DNA of 64,000 nucleotides from Acidobacteriota bacterium (GCA_963666215.2 CAXWPL010000002.1:480001-544000); one strand, 5' to 3'; counted from the first letter of the stretch, positions 9,795 through 19,677 are shown. Translations and numbers: made by a program. Notes: generated from the letters alone by a model not told the origin.

Positions 9795-9962
9795 AGCCGG
9801 CGCGGAAGTTGGGGCGCGGACGATTCGCTCGTCTTCGGATCGGCCAACACCGAGCTCATGCGGATACCCGCCGGCGGAGGAAACTGGGAAGAGCTGACGA
9901 CGCCGGCCGCGGGAGAGTCACACAGCTGGCCTTGGTACCCTGCTGGACTTGTACGTTTATAA
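9795..9962 (+). pseudogene. Fragment of a TolB-like beta-propeller as found in acidobacterial Ser/Thr kinases
   Basis: RRGSWGADDSLVFGSANTELMRIPAGGGNWEELTTPAAGESHSWP; no start codon or kinase domain is attached. Confidence 0.65.
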
Positions 9963-9978
9963 TCTAGATTCTAGAATA
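9949..9978 (+). promoter_or_regulatory. Sigma70 promoter of padR with overlapping palindromic operator
   Basis: TTGTAC-17 bp-TAGAAT; near-perfect palindrome TAATCTAGA-T-TCTAGAATA at 9960-9978. Confidence 0.7.
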
Positions 9979-10028
9979 CAGAATCACGACAGAAGAGCCC
10001 TATCCGAGACACCGAGGTGATCGCGACG

Positions 10029-10361
10029 ATGACAAGAACGCGGGTCGGCGAATTCGAAGAGCTCATCATGCTGGCGATCCGAGCCCTGGACGATGCCGCC
10101 TCTTGCCGAGCGGTGCAGACCATGCTCGAGGAGCGCGCCGAACGCGCCGCTTCGCTCGGCTCGATCTACGCGACAATCGACCGCCTCGAGCGCAAGGGGT
10201 ATGTCGAATCGTGGGTGGACACACCCGCCGAAGGAATTGCTCGGCGGGGACGATTCCACCGGGTGACGACCGACGGGGTGGACGCTCTCGACGGCATGGA
10301 CCGCATTCGCGACTCGCTGCGTGAGGGCGCATTTTCGACGGGGGCACCCCGCGGTGAATAG
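10029..10361 (+). CDS. PadR-family transcriptional regulator (acidobacterial type)
   Basis: GEFEELIMLAI...SLGSIYATIDRLERKGYVES...RVT..G; GAGGTG RBS. Confidence 0.9.
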   Translation: MTRTRVGEFEELIMLAIRALDDAASCRAVQTMLEERAERAASLGSIYATIDRLERKGYVESWVDTPAEGIARRGRFHRVTTDGVDALDGMDRIRDSLREGAFSTGAPRGE

Positions 10362-11715
10362 GACGGCTCCGCGCACCCTTGTCGGCCTGGCCAGGATTGC
10401 GCTGGGCGTCACGCGCCATCACCGGCGTGACGAGGCTCTCGACGATCTGCAAGAGCTGTATGGCGACATCGCGTCGACACGAGAGGTCGCGGCTTCACGC
10501 AGGCGGTTCCTGGACGAGCTCACTCGACTTTGTTTCTGGGCGCTCGTCCGGCACCTGCCGAGCGGCGCCCGACCGGCTACTCCCCCACGTTCCGCCAGTC
10601 TCGGGCCCGCTCCCCGGAGGAACCCGACAATGCATGTGCTCACTGATCTGCGGTTTGCCTTCCGGTCCCTGCTACGCAATCCCAGGTTCACGATTACGGC
10701 CACGCTCACCGCGGGAATGGCAATCGGTGCCAGTACCGTCGTCTTCAGCGCGGTCAACGGCATCCTGCTCAAACCTCTCGATCTGCCTGAGCCTGAGCGG
10801 GCGGTCTACGTGTCAACGCACGAGTCGGCCGGCGTGACCTCCAAGCCCATCTTCATCGACTGGAATCGGCAGGTGACCGCATTCGAGCTGCTCGCGGGCT
10901 TCGGGCCGGACTCGCTCGTGATCGCAAACGATGAACAGGCCGAGCAGATCAGTGCTGTTCGCGTTAGCCCCGACGTCGTGGAACTGCTGGACGCACAGTT
11001 CATTCTGGGGGGGCCTTTCGCTGCCGACGATCACGAGACCGGCGCGGAGCCGGTCGTGATCCTGTCGTACTCGTACTGGATTCGGGCAATGGCCGCGGCG
11101 ACCGACGTAATTGACAAGGCGATCTTCGCGGCCAATGATGAAGGCGGCCGGCAGCCCTACCGCATAGCGGGTGTGCTGGCCGAGGATGTCACCCTGCCGG
11201 CTGCGACGAATCTGGGCGAACGAGACATCTGGCTCCCCCTTCATGTCGACGAGACTGCCCGCGCCGGCAATCGCGGCAGCTCTACGACTCGTGTGATCGG
11301 TCGAGTTGCTGAGGGGCGCTCGATCGCTGAAGCGCGCATCGAAGTCGAGCGGGTGACTGAGGCGATCTCATCCGAGCATGGTCGCGAAGACAGCGCCCAC
11401 GTAGTTCGATTACTCGATAGGACGGTCGGAGGCAGCCGCGCGGCCTTGTGGATGCTGCTTGCGGCCTCCGGCTTTCTCCTGCTCGTCGCGCAGGCCAACG
11501 TCGCGAACCTGCTGCTCGCTCAGGCCACGACGCGCGGGGCCGAGTTCGCAGTTCGCTCTGCCCTCGGCGCCGGACAAGGGCGGGTCCTGGGCCAGGTTCT
11601 AACCGAGAGCGTGGTCTTGGGCTCTGTCTCCGGCGTGCTGGGCGGATCGATCGCCTACGGCGGAGCGTGGCTGGAAGAGCGCCGACGGGCATCAACGAGC
11701 GATCAAGGAAGTTGA
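10354..11715 (+). pseudogene. Truncated ADOP-family ABC permease (N-terminal half only)
   Basis: DLRFAFRSLLRNPRF, VFSAVNGILLKPL, MacB periplasmic domain, ANVANLLLA...EFAVRSALGA. It ends abruptly inside the first FtsX domain, 66 bp from the tRNA terminator. Confidence 0.8.
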
Positions 11716-11776
11716 CAGACGATCGCAATCGCCCGTGCTGAATTGTCGAATTCTGCTTGCTATCTGACTGCTACGG

Positions 11777-11801
11777 AAAAAGGCTCGCCATCCGGCGAGC
11801 C
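11777..11801 (-). terminator. Rho-independent terminator of tRNA-Thr
   Basis: Minus strand GGCTCGCC-GGAT-GGCGAGCC-TTTTT. Confidence 0.8.
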
Positions 11802-11821
11802 CTAACTTGTTGATTCAAGAG

Positions 11822-11893
11822 AGCCGACGCGCGGATTTGAACCGCGGACCTGCTGATTACGAATCAGCTGCTCTGCCACTGAGCTACGCCGGC
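11822..11893 (-). tRNA. tRNA-Thr(CGT)
   Basis: GCCGGCG-TAGCTCAGTGGCAGAGCA-GCTGA-TTCGTAA-TCAGC-AGGTC-CGCGG-TTCAAAT-CCGCG-CGTCGGC-T cloverleaf; CCA not encoded. Confidence 0.97.
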
Positions 11894-11915
11894 CTTCGGT
11901 GCTGCTGAGATGCGG

Positions 11916-11944
11916 AGTCTAGCGGCCGTGCAGGGTGCTCGCAA
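11916..11944 (-). promoter_or_regulatory. Sigma70 promoter of tRNA-Thr
   Basis: Minus strand TTGCGA-17 bp-TAGACT. Confidence 0.7.
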
Positions 11945-12081
11945 TCGCGATCTGATGCGGCCGCGACGTGAATTTCGGCTGCCGGGCGAGGCGCCTCGCG
12001 TGGATCCCAGATAGGGTGCCGTCAGCGCGCTCGGCCTACGACGGCTTGTGGTTCTGCCCGTATTTTGCGCCCCGGTACGCG

Positions 12082-12090
12082 TGCTAGACT
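12082..12090 (+). promoter_or_regulatory. Extended -10 element upstream of smc
   Basis: TG-C-TAGACT. Confidence 0.45.
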
Positions 12091-12318
12091 CGCGCCCGCA
12101 TCGCGGTGGTGGGTGACTGGATCTCGCTACGTGTGGCGACACACCTGGGGGGCGCGGGTTCAGCGGGCATCTGCCGGGCGGTGCTCTTCAGCGGAATGGG
12201 CTTCTGCTGACCTATAGGGAGTCGGAGTGAACAGGTGGGCAGCAAGGTCCTGCCGCTCTGGCGATCGCCGCGCGTCGCGGCCGCTGGCCGCGTGGCGCTG
12301 ACAAAGGTGGGTACTGGG

Positions 12319-15300
12319 GTGTGGCGTCTCTCGAAACTTGATATCCGCGGCTTCAAATCGTTCGCGGAGCACTCGAGGCTCGAGTTTCCCGCGGGCATCA
12401 CCGCGGTCGTCGGGCCGAACGGCTGCGGCAAGAGCAATATCTCGGACGCCATCATTTGGGCGCTGGGCGAGCAGAGCACGGCGGCTTTGCGGGCCCAGCG
12501 CATGAAAGACGTCATCTTCCAGGGCAGCGCCGGCCGCAAGCCGACGGGTCTCGCCGAGGTGACCCTGTCGCTGACTCGGACGCGGCCCGCCGGGCTTGCC
12601 GGAGCGGTCGTGCCGCCGGTGGTCGAGGCGGCGTTGGACCACTCCGAGCACGCCGAGCAGGCCGAGCACATCGGTGACATCGAGCGCCTAGACCACGGCG
12701 AGCAAGCTCCCGAGCTCGCCGCTGAGAGCAGCAACGGCGATGGCGACGGCAACCCGTCGGGATCATCGAGCGCCTCGACCGACGTACATCGTGAAGATGA
12801 AGTGGACTCCGAAGACCAGGACGAGGAGCTCACGATCACGCGGCGCTTGTTCCGCTCTGGCGACAGCGAATACCTCCTCAACGGCAAGCGCTGCCTGCTG
12901 CGCGATGTTCGTGAGCATCTGCTGGGTACCGGGCTGGGGTCGCGCACGTGCTTCACCATCGAGCAGGGTCGGATCGACCAGCTGCTTTCCGCGAGCCCGA
13001 CGGAGCGGCGCGGCCCGATCGAGGAGGCGGCCGGGATCTCCCTGTATCGCCGCCGCCGCCACTCGACCAACCTGAAGCTCGCGGCCACCGAGCAGGACCT
13101 GGCCCGCGTCCAGGACATTTGCGACGAAGTGGCGCGGCAGATGCGCAGCCTCAAGCGGCAGGCCGGGCGCGCCCGACGCTACCGCTCTTTGCGCCAGCAG
13201 CAGCGCGTGCTCGAGCTCGAATGGTACGGCCGCCGTATCGTGCAGTCGCGTCGTGATTTGGAGATCAGCGCGGGTGCGCTGGTGGCGGCGCGCGAAGGCG
13301 CCGCCCACGCCCGCGACGAGCTCGAAGCCGTGACGCGACTGCACGAGACGGCGCGCAGCGCCCGGAGAACACGCCGGCAGCAGGAGGCCGGGATGCGGCA
13401 GACGCTGTACAAGCATCAGGTCGACCACGAACGCGCCCGGGCCGAGGCGTCGCGCCACCGCGACCGACTCGCTTTCGCCGAGCAGCGGCAGGCTGACGTG
13501 GCGCGCAAGCTCGAGACGTTCGTCGAGCGCGATGCCGAGGCCGCTGGTGTTGTCAGCGCTCGCGAGGAGGCAGCTCAGCAGGCTCACTCGATGGTGGAAG
13601 CGGCGCGCGAGGTGCTGCGCGACGCGAACGATCGAGTCGACCCGGTTGAGCATCTTGATGTGGCCGTGGAGGGCGCGGATCCAGCGAATTCAACGGATTC
13701 ACCGTACGGGGGCGATCGAACGATCAAGCTGCCGTCGTTGGCCTCGCAGATTCGTGTCGATGAGGAGTACCGCGCCGCCGCGGCGCTGGCGCTCGGGAGC
13801 CTGCTGCGACAGCCGTTATTGGCGGAGGCCGACATCGAGCCGTGGTTGGCCGCGGTGGCCGAGCAGCGTGGCCTGTCGCGAGGCTTGCGGCAGCCTCAGC
13901 GCCTGGCGGAAGCCATCGCTCCCGATGCGGCGGTGCTGTGCGCGCTGGCGCAGAAGGTTCAAGGGAGTGGCGAGGCGGTCGAGATGATCGTCGAGGATCT
14001 GCTCACCGGCACGTGGGTGGTGGAGAGCTCCGACGACGTCATGCGATTGGTGGCCGAGCACCCGCAAGCGGCGTTCGTGGATCGGCGCGGCACGGTGTGG
14101 GCTAGCGGTGCGCGCGTGCGTGCTCGCAACGACGGGCGTGGCCAGCAGTACCTGACCGAGAGCGCGTCGGCCGAGCAGTCGCTGCGCGTCCGTACCGAGC
14201 CGGCTGCGGACGGAGATGACGACGCGGACGTGGCTGCCCCCGACCTGGTTCTGGACGTCGAGCGCCAGGCGGCGCGGCTGGCGCTCGATCGCGCCGAGGC
14301 TGGCCATCGCTCGGCGGTCGCGCAAGCGGCGGCGGCCGATCGCGAGCTCCGCGCCGCACGTGCCTCGGCGTCGCACGTGCGCGCCGACGCCGAGCGTTTT
14401 CGTAAGGACGCCGTGGCCCTCGAGCGCACGCTGCGTGAGGCGAGCGAAGGAGCCCAGCGCGCCGACGCCAGCGCCGCTGCTGCGACGGTGGTGGCCGAGA
14501 AGCTCGAGCGTAAGCTCGAGCAGGTAACCGTCGTCGACACGGCCGAAGAGGCGGAGCTCGCCGGCCTGCAGGCGGCGGCCGCCGCCGCACGCGGCAAGCA
14601 CGACAGCACTCAGCAGGCGCTCTCAGGCTACGAGGTTCGCGCCGCCGAGGTCCGTTTGGGGCACCAGCATCTCGAAAATGAGATGCGCGAGCACCTCGGC
14701 GAGGCGGCCGCGACGCTTCTACGGCCGACGAAACCTTCGATCGAGCCTGCGGAAGTGGAGGCCCGGGCACCGGAGGAAGCCTCCGAGATCAACCTGGAGA
14801 CGAGCCCGGAGCAGGAGAAGCAGGTGGCGCTGGAGCGCGAGATTGCGGCGCTCGGCGACTCCGAGATTGGCGAGCGTATTGCCGATGTCCGGCGTCGCAT
14901 CGATAGCCTCGGGCCGGTGAACCTGATCGCCTACGACGATTACCAGGAGCAGGAGGTACGCTTCACGGACCTCGACGGGCAACGTCGCGATCTGGTGAAC
15001 GCGTCGGGAAATCTGCGGGCCGCGATCAGCAAGATCGACGATCAGTGCGAAGAGCGTTTCGACGAGGCGTTCCAGGCGATCGACGGGTACTTCAACCGCA
15101 CGATGCGGGAGCTGTTCGGCGGTGGCCGTGCCGGAATGCGCCTCGACAACCCGAGCGAGCCACTGGACTGTGGCATCGAGATCTACGCCCAGCCGCCTGG
15201 CAAACGACTGCAGAACATCCGGCTGTTATCCGGCGGCGAGCGCTCGATGATCGCGCTGGCCTTGATGTTCGCGATCTTCGAGTACCACCCGGCGCCGTTC

Positions 15301-15501
15301 TGCATCCTCGACGAGGCCGATGCGGCACTCGACGAGCGCAACATCGGCCGTTTTGCGGTGGCGCTTCGACGATTTCAGGAACGCGCGCAGTTCATCATGA
15401 TCACGCACAACAAGCAGTCGATGGAGCTCGCCGATCTGCTGTACGGCGTGACGATGGAAGAGAGCGGCGTCTCGAAGCTGGTGTCGGTGCAGCTCAGCTA
15501 A
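12319..15501 (+). CDS. smc: Chromosome segregation protein SMC
   Basis: GFKSF, Walker A GPNGCGKSN, EEAAG, LGPVN, signature LSGGE, Walker B/D-loop LDEADAALD, ITH. Start uncertain (12235 or 12319). Confidence 0.95.
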   Translation: MWRLSKLDIRGFKSFAEHSRLEFPAGITAVVGPNGCGKSNISDAIIWALGEQSTAALRAQRMKDVIFQGSAGRKPTGLAEVTLSLTRTRPAGLAGAVVPPVVEAALDHSEHAEQAEHIGDIERLDHGEQAPELAAESSNGDGDGNPSGSSSASTDVHREDEVDSEDQDEELTITRRLFRSGDSEYLLNGKRCLLRDVREHLLGTGLGSRTCFTIEQGRIDQLLSASPTERRGPIEEAAGISLYRRRRHSTNLKLAATEQDLARVQDICDEVARQMRSLKRQAGRARRYRSLRQQQRVLELEWYGRRIVQSRRDLEISAGALVAAREGAAHARDELEAVTRLHETARSARRTRRQQEAGMRQTLYKHQVDHERARAEASRHRDRLAFAEQRQADVARKLETFVERDAEAAGVVSAREEAAQQAHSMVEAAREVLRDANDRVDPVEHLDVAVEGADPANSTDSPYGGDRTIKLPSLASQIRVDEEYRAAAALALGSLLRQPLLAEADIEPWLAAVAEQRGLSRGLRQPQRLAEAIAPDAAVLCALAQKVQGSGEAVEMIVEDLLTGTWVVESSDDVMRLVAEHPQAAFVDRRGTVWASGARVRARNDGRGQQYLTESASAEQSLRVRTEPAADGDDDADVAAPDLVLDVERQAARLALDRAEAGHRSAVAQAAAADRELRAARASASHVRADAERFRKDAVALERTLREASEGAQRADASAAAATVVAEKLERKLEQVTVVDTAEEAELAGLQAAAAAARGKHDSTQQALSGYEVRAAEVRLGHQHLENEMREHLGEAAATLLRPTKPSIEPAEVEARAPEEASEINLETSPEQEKQVALEREIAALGDSEIGERIADVRRRIDSLGPVNLIAYDDYQEQEVRFTDLDGQRRDLVNASGNLRAAISKIDDQCEERFDEAFQAIDGYFNRTMRELFGGGRAGMRLDNPSEPLDCGIEIYAQPPGKRLQNIRLLSGGERSMIALALMFAIFEYHPAPFCILDEADAALDERNIGRFAVALRRFQERAQFIMITHNKQSMELADLLYGVTMEESGVSKLVSVQLS

Positions 15502-15530
15502 CGTCAACCGCGGTGGGCCGGCCGCGACCG

Positions 15531-16523
15531 CTATTGCCGCCGGATCGGCAACGTCGGACCCGCCGGACCCGCCGAGTCCGTCAGCGCGGCTACCAGCGCC
15601 CGCGAGACGCGATCGAGCGACGCCATCGCCTCGCGCCACTGGCTACGCGCCGCAAGCAAAGAGGCGAGCTCCGAGCGCAAGCTTGGCGAATTCGCGATCG
15701 CCTGGCCGCCCGCGTACCGACGCTTGCGCACCAGAGCCCCGACCCAGCGTCCCCAGCGGATACGACCGTCGGGACGAATGAGCTCGTGACGCATCGCTGG
15801 AAGCCGCTGATCGGCGGCGTCCGAAACAATCCGGATAGCGGCACAGCGTGGCGCTTGGCCGCCAGCGGTTTGTCCGGGCGGGGAGGCGGCCAGGGCGGCC
15901 GACGCGCCACCCTGTTGAGTCGCTATGGGCGTTCGCGGAACGTGATCGATTTGGATCCTGTTGTGACCAGCGCCGTGACCGGCGTCGTGATCGGCTTCGA
16001 GCGCCCGCGCCCAGTGGGCGCCTTCCATCTCCACGATCCGTGCGCCGCTAGACCTGTGCAGCTGCCTGGCCGCAACGGCGTCGTGTAGCGCGGCGTCGAC
16101 GGTAACCGCATCGGCGACCACGGCATGGATATCCGACCCGGAAAGCCGAGCGAGCAGCGCCTCGGTCAGCGCCGCATTGGTCGCGACGACGGGCGAGTGT
16201 GGCGCGAGTGGGTCGAGCCAGCGTTCGATGACGACAACGCTGCCCGCCGGCAATGCCTCGTCGAGCCCGCCAGCCACACCCAGCTGAATGACCGCGGCTA
16301 CAGGGCGCGCCGCGATCCTGCTCTGTATCGCATTGACGGGGTCGGTCGCGGTGCGGCCGACGCCGGCCACAAAAACGTCGATTCGCGGGTTGCTGCTGCT
16401 TGCGGAAACGCCCGCCAGATGGCGGTTCAGGGCGCTCGTTTCCGCCGCCACGGCCGCGATAACGAGGACTCTGTCGCCCGCACAGAGCTCGTCCTGGAGG
16501 CGCGCATTCGCTGGGGTCGTCAT
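15531..16523 (-). CDS. Nucleoside phosphorylase-fold protein (PNP/MTA-SAH nucleosidase/HpnG-like)
   Basis: VIAAV..E, AGVG, GVAGGL, VEMEGA, RIVSD motifs. Confidence 0.75.
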   Translation of the reverse strand: MTTPANARLQDELCAGDRVLVIAAVAAETSALNRHLAGVSASSSNPRIDVFVAGVGRTATDPVNAIQSRIAARPVAAVIQLGVAGGLDEALPAGSVVVIERWLDPLAPHSPVVATNAALTEALLARLSGSDIHAVVADAVTVDAALHDAVAARQLHRSSGARIVEMEGAHWARALEADHDAGHGAGHNRIQIDHVPRTPIATQQGGASAALAASPPGQTAGGQAPRCAAIRIVSDAADQRLPAMRHELIRPDGRIRWGRWVGALVRKRRYAGGQAIANSPSLRSELASLLAARSQWREAMASLDRVSRALVAALTDSAGPAGPTLPIRRQ

Positions 16524-16603
16524 ACTGATTCGCTGATTCCCACGATCGCTCGAGGTCGTCGCCGGCTGTGGGCGCGTGGATGGATCTCTCTCGGTGGTTC
16601 CCG

Positions 16604-19036
16604 ATGACAGAGTTGCATGAACAGGCCGAAACGCTCGACTGTAGCCATGGCGCCGACCTCGACGACAATGCCAGCGACCGGTCGTCGAGTCGGCGACACG
16701 GCTCGAGTGTGACATCACGCGGCTCCGGTGTGGCCCACGGCCCACGGCTGAGCGACCCGGTGCAGCGGATCACCGGCGTTGGCCCGCGGCGCGCATACGA
16801 GCTGGCAGCGGCGGGGATCGAAACCGTTGACGATCTTCTGCTGCAGCTGCCTCGACGCTACGAGGACCGCACCCGGCGCGTCGAGGTCGCTGAGCTGGCC
16901 GAGCTCGTCGGTCGAGTCGCCGTCACGGTGGTCGTGCAGGTTCGATCGAGTCGGTCGGTGAGCCAGGGATGGTCGGGGCGTCGTCGTCGCGGTCGCACCG
17001 AGGCTCGGGTTGGCGACAGCAGCGGAGAGATCGAGGTGATCTGGTTCAACCAGCCGTATCTCTCTCGCCAGCTTGTCGCTGGCTGCTGGATCACCCTCTT
17101 TGGGCGGGTGAGCTTGCACGAGGGAAAGCCGCAGATGACGAATCCCGCGCTCGAGCGGCTTGCCCGGCCGTCCCTCGAGGTTGGCCGTGTGGTTCCAGTG
17201 CATCGGTCACTGGGGTCTATCGGCGCGACGACGGTCCGGCGACTGGTGGCGACGGCGTTGAAGGATCTGGCGGAGGAGGCGGAGACTCTGCCGAGCGCTG
17301 TGGTGCGCGGCGAGCGACTCTTGAGCCGCGTCGAGGCGTTTCGACGCCTCCACGAGCCAGTTTGTGGGAAGGAGCCAAGAGAACAACCAAGAGAGCAGCG
17401 AGCGCCGAAGGAACGGAAAGAGCAGAGGGAGCCGAGGGAGCCGAGACTGCGGCCGATGACGTGTGCGACGCCGGTCGAGAATCTGGCGGCATGGCGATCG
17501 GAGGCGCACCGACGGTTGGTGTTCGACGAGCTCATCGAATTTCACGCCCTGCTGGCGTTGCAGCAGCGTGCCCGATCGGGCGCACGCGGTCGGCAGCGCC
17601 GGCTGATGGATCGCGATCTCGCCACGGTGTGCGAGCCGTTGCCGTTCGATCTCACTGCAGGGCAGCGGCAGGCGATCGACGAGATTCTTGTCGATCTACG
17701 GTCGCCGCGACCGATGCATCGACTGCTGCACGGTGACGTTGGCTGCGGCAAAACGGCGGTGGCAGGCTGCGTGATGCTGATGGTGGCGGCGGCGAGGGGT
17801 GGCGAACAGGCTGCGATGTTGGTGCCCACGACCATCCTGGCCGAGCAGCAGGCAGCGGTGCTCGGCTCGTGGGCCGAATCGCTGGGGCTGCGAGTTGCCT
17901 GCCTGACCTCGCGGTTGACCGCCGACGAGCGAAACCGCACCCTCGCGGACCTCGCCAGCGGCGCGATCGACGTGGTTGTTGGCACCCACGCGTTGCTGCA
18001 AGCGAGAGTCGAGTTTCATGATCTGGGCCTGGTGGTTGTCGACGAGCAGCATCGGTTCGGGGTACGCCAGCGGTTGGCGCTGCTCGGCCCGAAGAGAGGC
18101 GAGTCGGAGGCTGGCGCCAGAGCGGACCTGCTCGTCATGACTGCCACGCCGATTCCGCGCAGCTTGGCGCTGACGCTGTACGGCGACCTCGACGTCAGCG
18201 CCATCCCGGACCGGCCACGCGGCCGTCGACCGGTGAGCACGGAGAGGTGCGCGCCGGCAGAGTGGCCTCGGGTGGTGCACAAGCTGCGAGACGTGGTGGC
18301 GCGCGGCGAACAGGCCTACGTTGTGACGCCGCGGATTCGCGATCTGGATAAGCCTGCCGAGATGAGTGAAAACGCTGAGTCGAGCACCTCGTTGTCGGCC
18401 GAAGCCGCCGCCGATCGTCTGCGCCGCGCGCTGCCCGACCTGCGGATCGGGCTGGTGCACGGCGCTCAGGATGCGGAGACGCGCGCCGAGTCGATGCGTG
18501 CCTTCGCCTCGGGCGTCCTCGATGTGCTCGTGGCGACAACGGTCATCGAGGTCGGCCTCGACGTCTCGTCGGCGACGTTGATGGTCGTCGATCACGCTCA
18601 GCGGTTCGGACTCGCGCAACTGCACCAGTTGCGCGGCAGGGTAGGGCGTGGGTCGCAGCCGTCGGAGTGCGTACTGGTGGCCCACGAGCCGCTGACACCT
18701 GTTGCCGAGTCGCGCCTGCAGATGCTGTGCAGCAGCGAGGACGGTTTTGCGATTGCTGAGGAAGATCTCCGCCTGCGCGGCCCCGGCGAGCTGCTCGGCA
18801 CCGCCCAGGCGGGTTGGCGTGGCTTCAGCGTCGCGGACCCGACGCAGCACGCCGAGTGGCTCGAGCGCTCACACGACATCGCTCGCGAGATCGTTGAGCG
18901 AGCCCGTGTCGCTCGTGGTTCGGCGAGTGGGAGCACCACCGCCGATTCCGAACACGGCGCCGACGGCGACGAGGCCTGCGCCTTTTGCGATCGACTCCTG
19001 CCAGGCTGGCACGAGCAGGGGGAGCCGTGCGCATAA
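16604..19036 (+). CDS. recG: ATP-dependent DNA helicase RecG
   Basis: GVGP, PRRYED, WFNQ, GDVGCGKT, DEQHRFG, MTATPIPRS, LHQLRGRVGRG, DGFAIAEEDLRLRGPGE. Confidence 0.96.
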   Translation: MTELHEQAETLDCSHGADLDDNASDRSSSRRHGSSVTSRGSGVAHGPRLSDPVQRITGVGPRRAYELAAAGIETVDDLLLQLPRRYEDRTRRVEVAELAELVGRVAVTVVVQVRSSRSVSQGWSGRRRRGRTEARVGDSSGEIEVIWFNQPYLSRQLVAGCWITLFGRVSLHEGKPQMTNPALERLARPSLEVGRVVPVHRSLGSIGATTVRRLVATALKDLAEEAETLPSAVVRGERLLSRVEAFRRLHEPVCGKEPREQPREQRAPKERKEQREPREPRLRPMTCATPVENLAAWRSEAHRRLVFDELIEFHALLALQQRARSGARGRQRRLMDRDLATVCEPLPFDLTAGQRQAIDEILVDLRSPRPMHRLLHGDVGCGKTAVAGCVMLMVAAARGGEQAAMLVPTTILAEQQAAVLGSWAESLGLRVACLTSRLTADERNRTLADLASGAIDVVVGTHALLQARVEFHDLGLVVVDEQHRFGVRQRLALLGPKRGESEAGARADLLVMTATPIPRSLALTLYGDLDVSAIPDRPRGRRPVSTERCAPAEWPRVVHKLRDVVARGEQAYVVTPRIRDLDKPAEMSENAESSTSLSAEAAADRLRRALPDLRIGLVHGAQDAETRAESMRAFASGVLDVLVATTVIEVGLDVSSATLMVVDHAQRFGLAQLHQLRGRVGRGSQPSECVLVAHEPLTPVAESRLQMLCSSEDGFAIAEEDLRLRGPGELLGTAQAGWRGFSVADPTQHAEWLERSHDIAREIVERARVARGSASGSTTADSEHGADGDEACAFCDRLLPGWHEQGEPCA

Positions 19037-19677
19037 GCGGTGGATCTGCGAGAGGTCGACGGCTACGAGTGCCGGAAGGTGCCGGGCAGGCGGTCCGACC
19101 GACGAGCGAGCGCGTGCGTCAGACGTTGTTCGACGTTCTGCGTACCGACGCCACGCTCGGCGACCTCGCGGTCGGGCTGAGGCCGCTGGCGGTGCTCGAT
19201 CTGTTCGCCGGCTCCGGCGCCCTGGGGCTGGAGGCCCTGAGCCGAGGAGCCGCCAGCGTGGTCTTTGTGGAGCACAGCCGTGCCGCGTGCCAGGTGATCC
19301 GCCAGAATGTGACGACCTGCGGCTTCGACGATCGCGCCACGGTGCGGCGCGCCGATTGGCTGGAGATCTTGAAAGAGCGGGGCGTGTCGGCGGCGGCGAA
19401 ACGTGAGCTTGAAGCGGCGGTAGCGGCGCCCGCGGACAGCGACGTTTCCTGCCCCACTGGACGTTTCGACCTCATCCTTTGCGACCCGCCGTACGACAGC
19501 GTCACACCCCAGATCTGCGCCGATGCCATCGCCGCGGCGCGCGTTCTCAGCCGGCACGGACTGCTCGTCATCGAGAGTCGCGCCGGTGGTGCCATCGACG
19601 CACCCGTGGGGCTGTGTGTGCGGCGCCGATTGCGCGCCGGAGATACCGAGCTGACCTTGATGTGCCCCACGACATGA
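19027..19677 (+). CDS. rsmD: 16S rRNA m2G966 methyltransferase
   Basis: RISGG..RGRRL, RPT.ERVR..LF, LDLFAGSGALGLEALSRGA, DPPY. Confidence 0.92.
   Translation: MRISGGSARGRRLRVPEGAGQAVRPTSERVRQTLFDVLRTDATLGDLAVGLRPLAVLDLFAGSGALGLEALSRGAASVVFVEHSRAACQVIRQNVTTCGFDDRATVRRADWLEILKERGVSAAAKRELEAAVAAPADSDVSCPTGRFDLILCDPPYDSVTPQICADAIAAARVLSRHGLLVIESRAGGAIDAPVGLCVRRRLRAGDTELTLMCPTT

Larger units (their letters stand above)
2846..11781. mobile_element. tRNA-Thr-associated genomic island remnant (about 9 kb, no integrase seen)
   Basis: Bounded by the intact tRNA-Thr and its duplicated 3' half; contents are accessory (metal efflux, gene fragments). Confidence 0.75.

Noticed and set aside
11758-11773. 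TGCTA-N6-TGCTA as an integrase arm-type site
   Set aside because: Too short, and no matching copy was found at the other island end.
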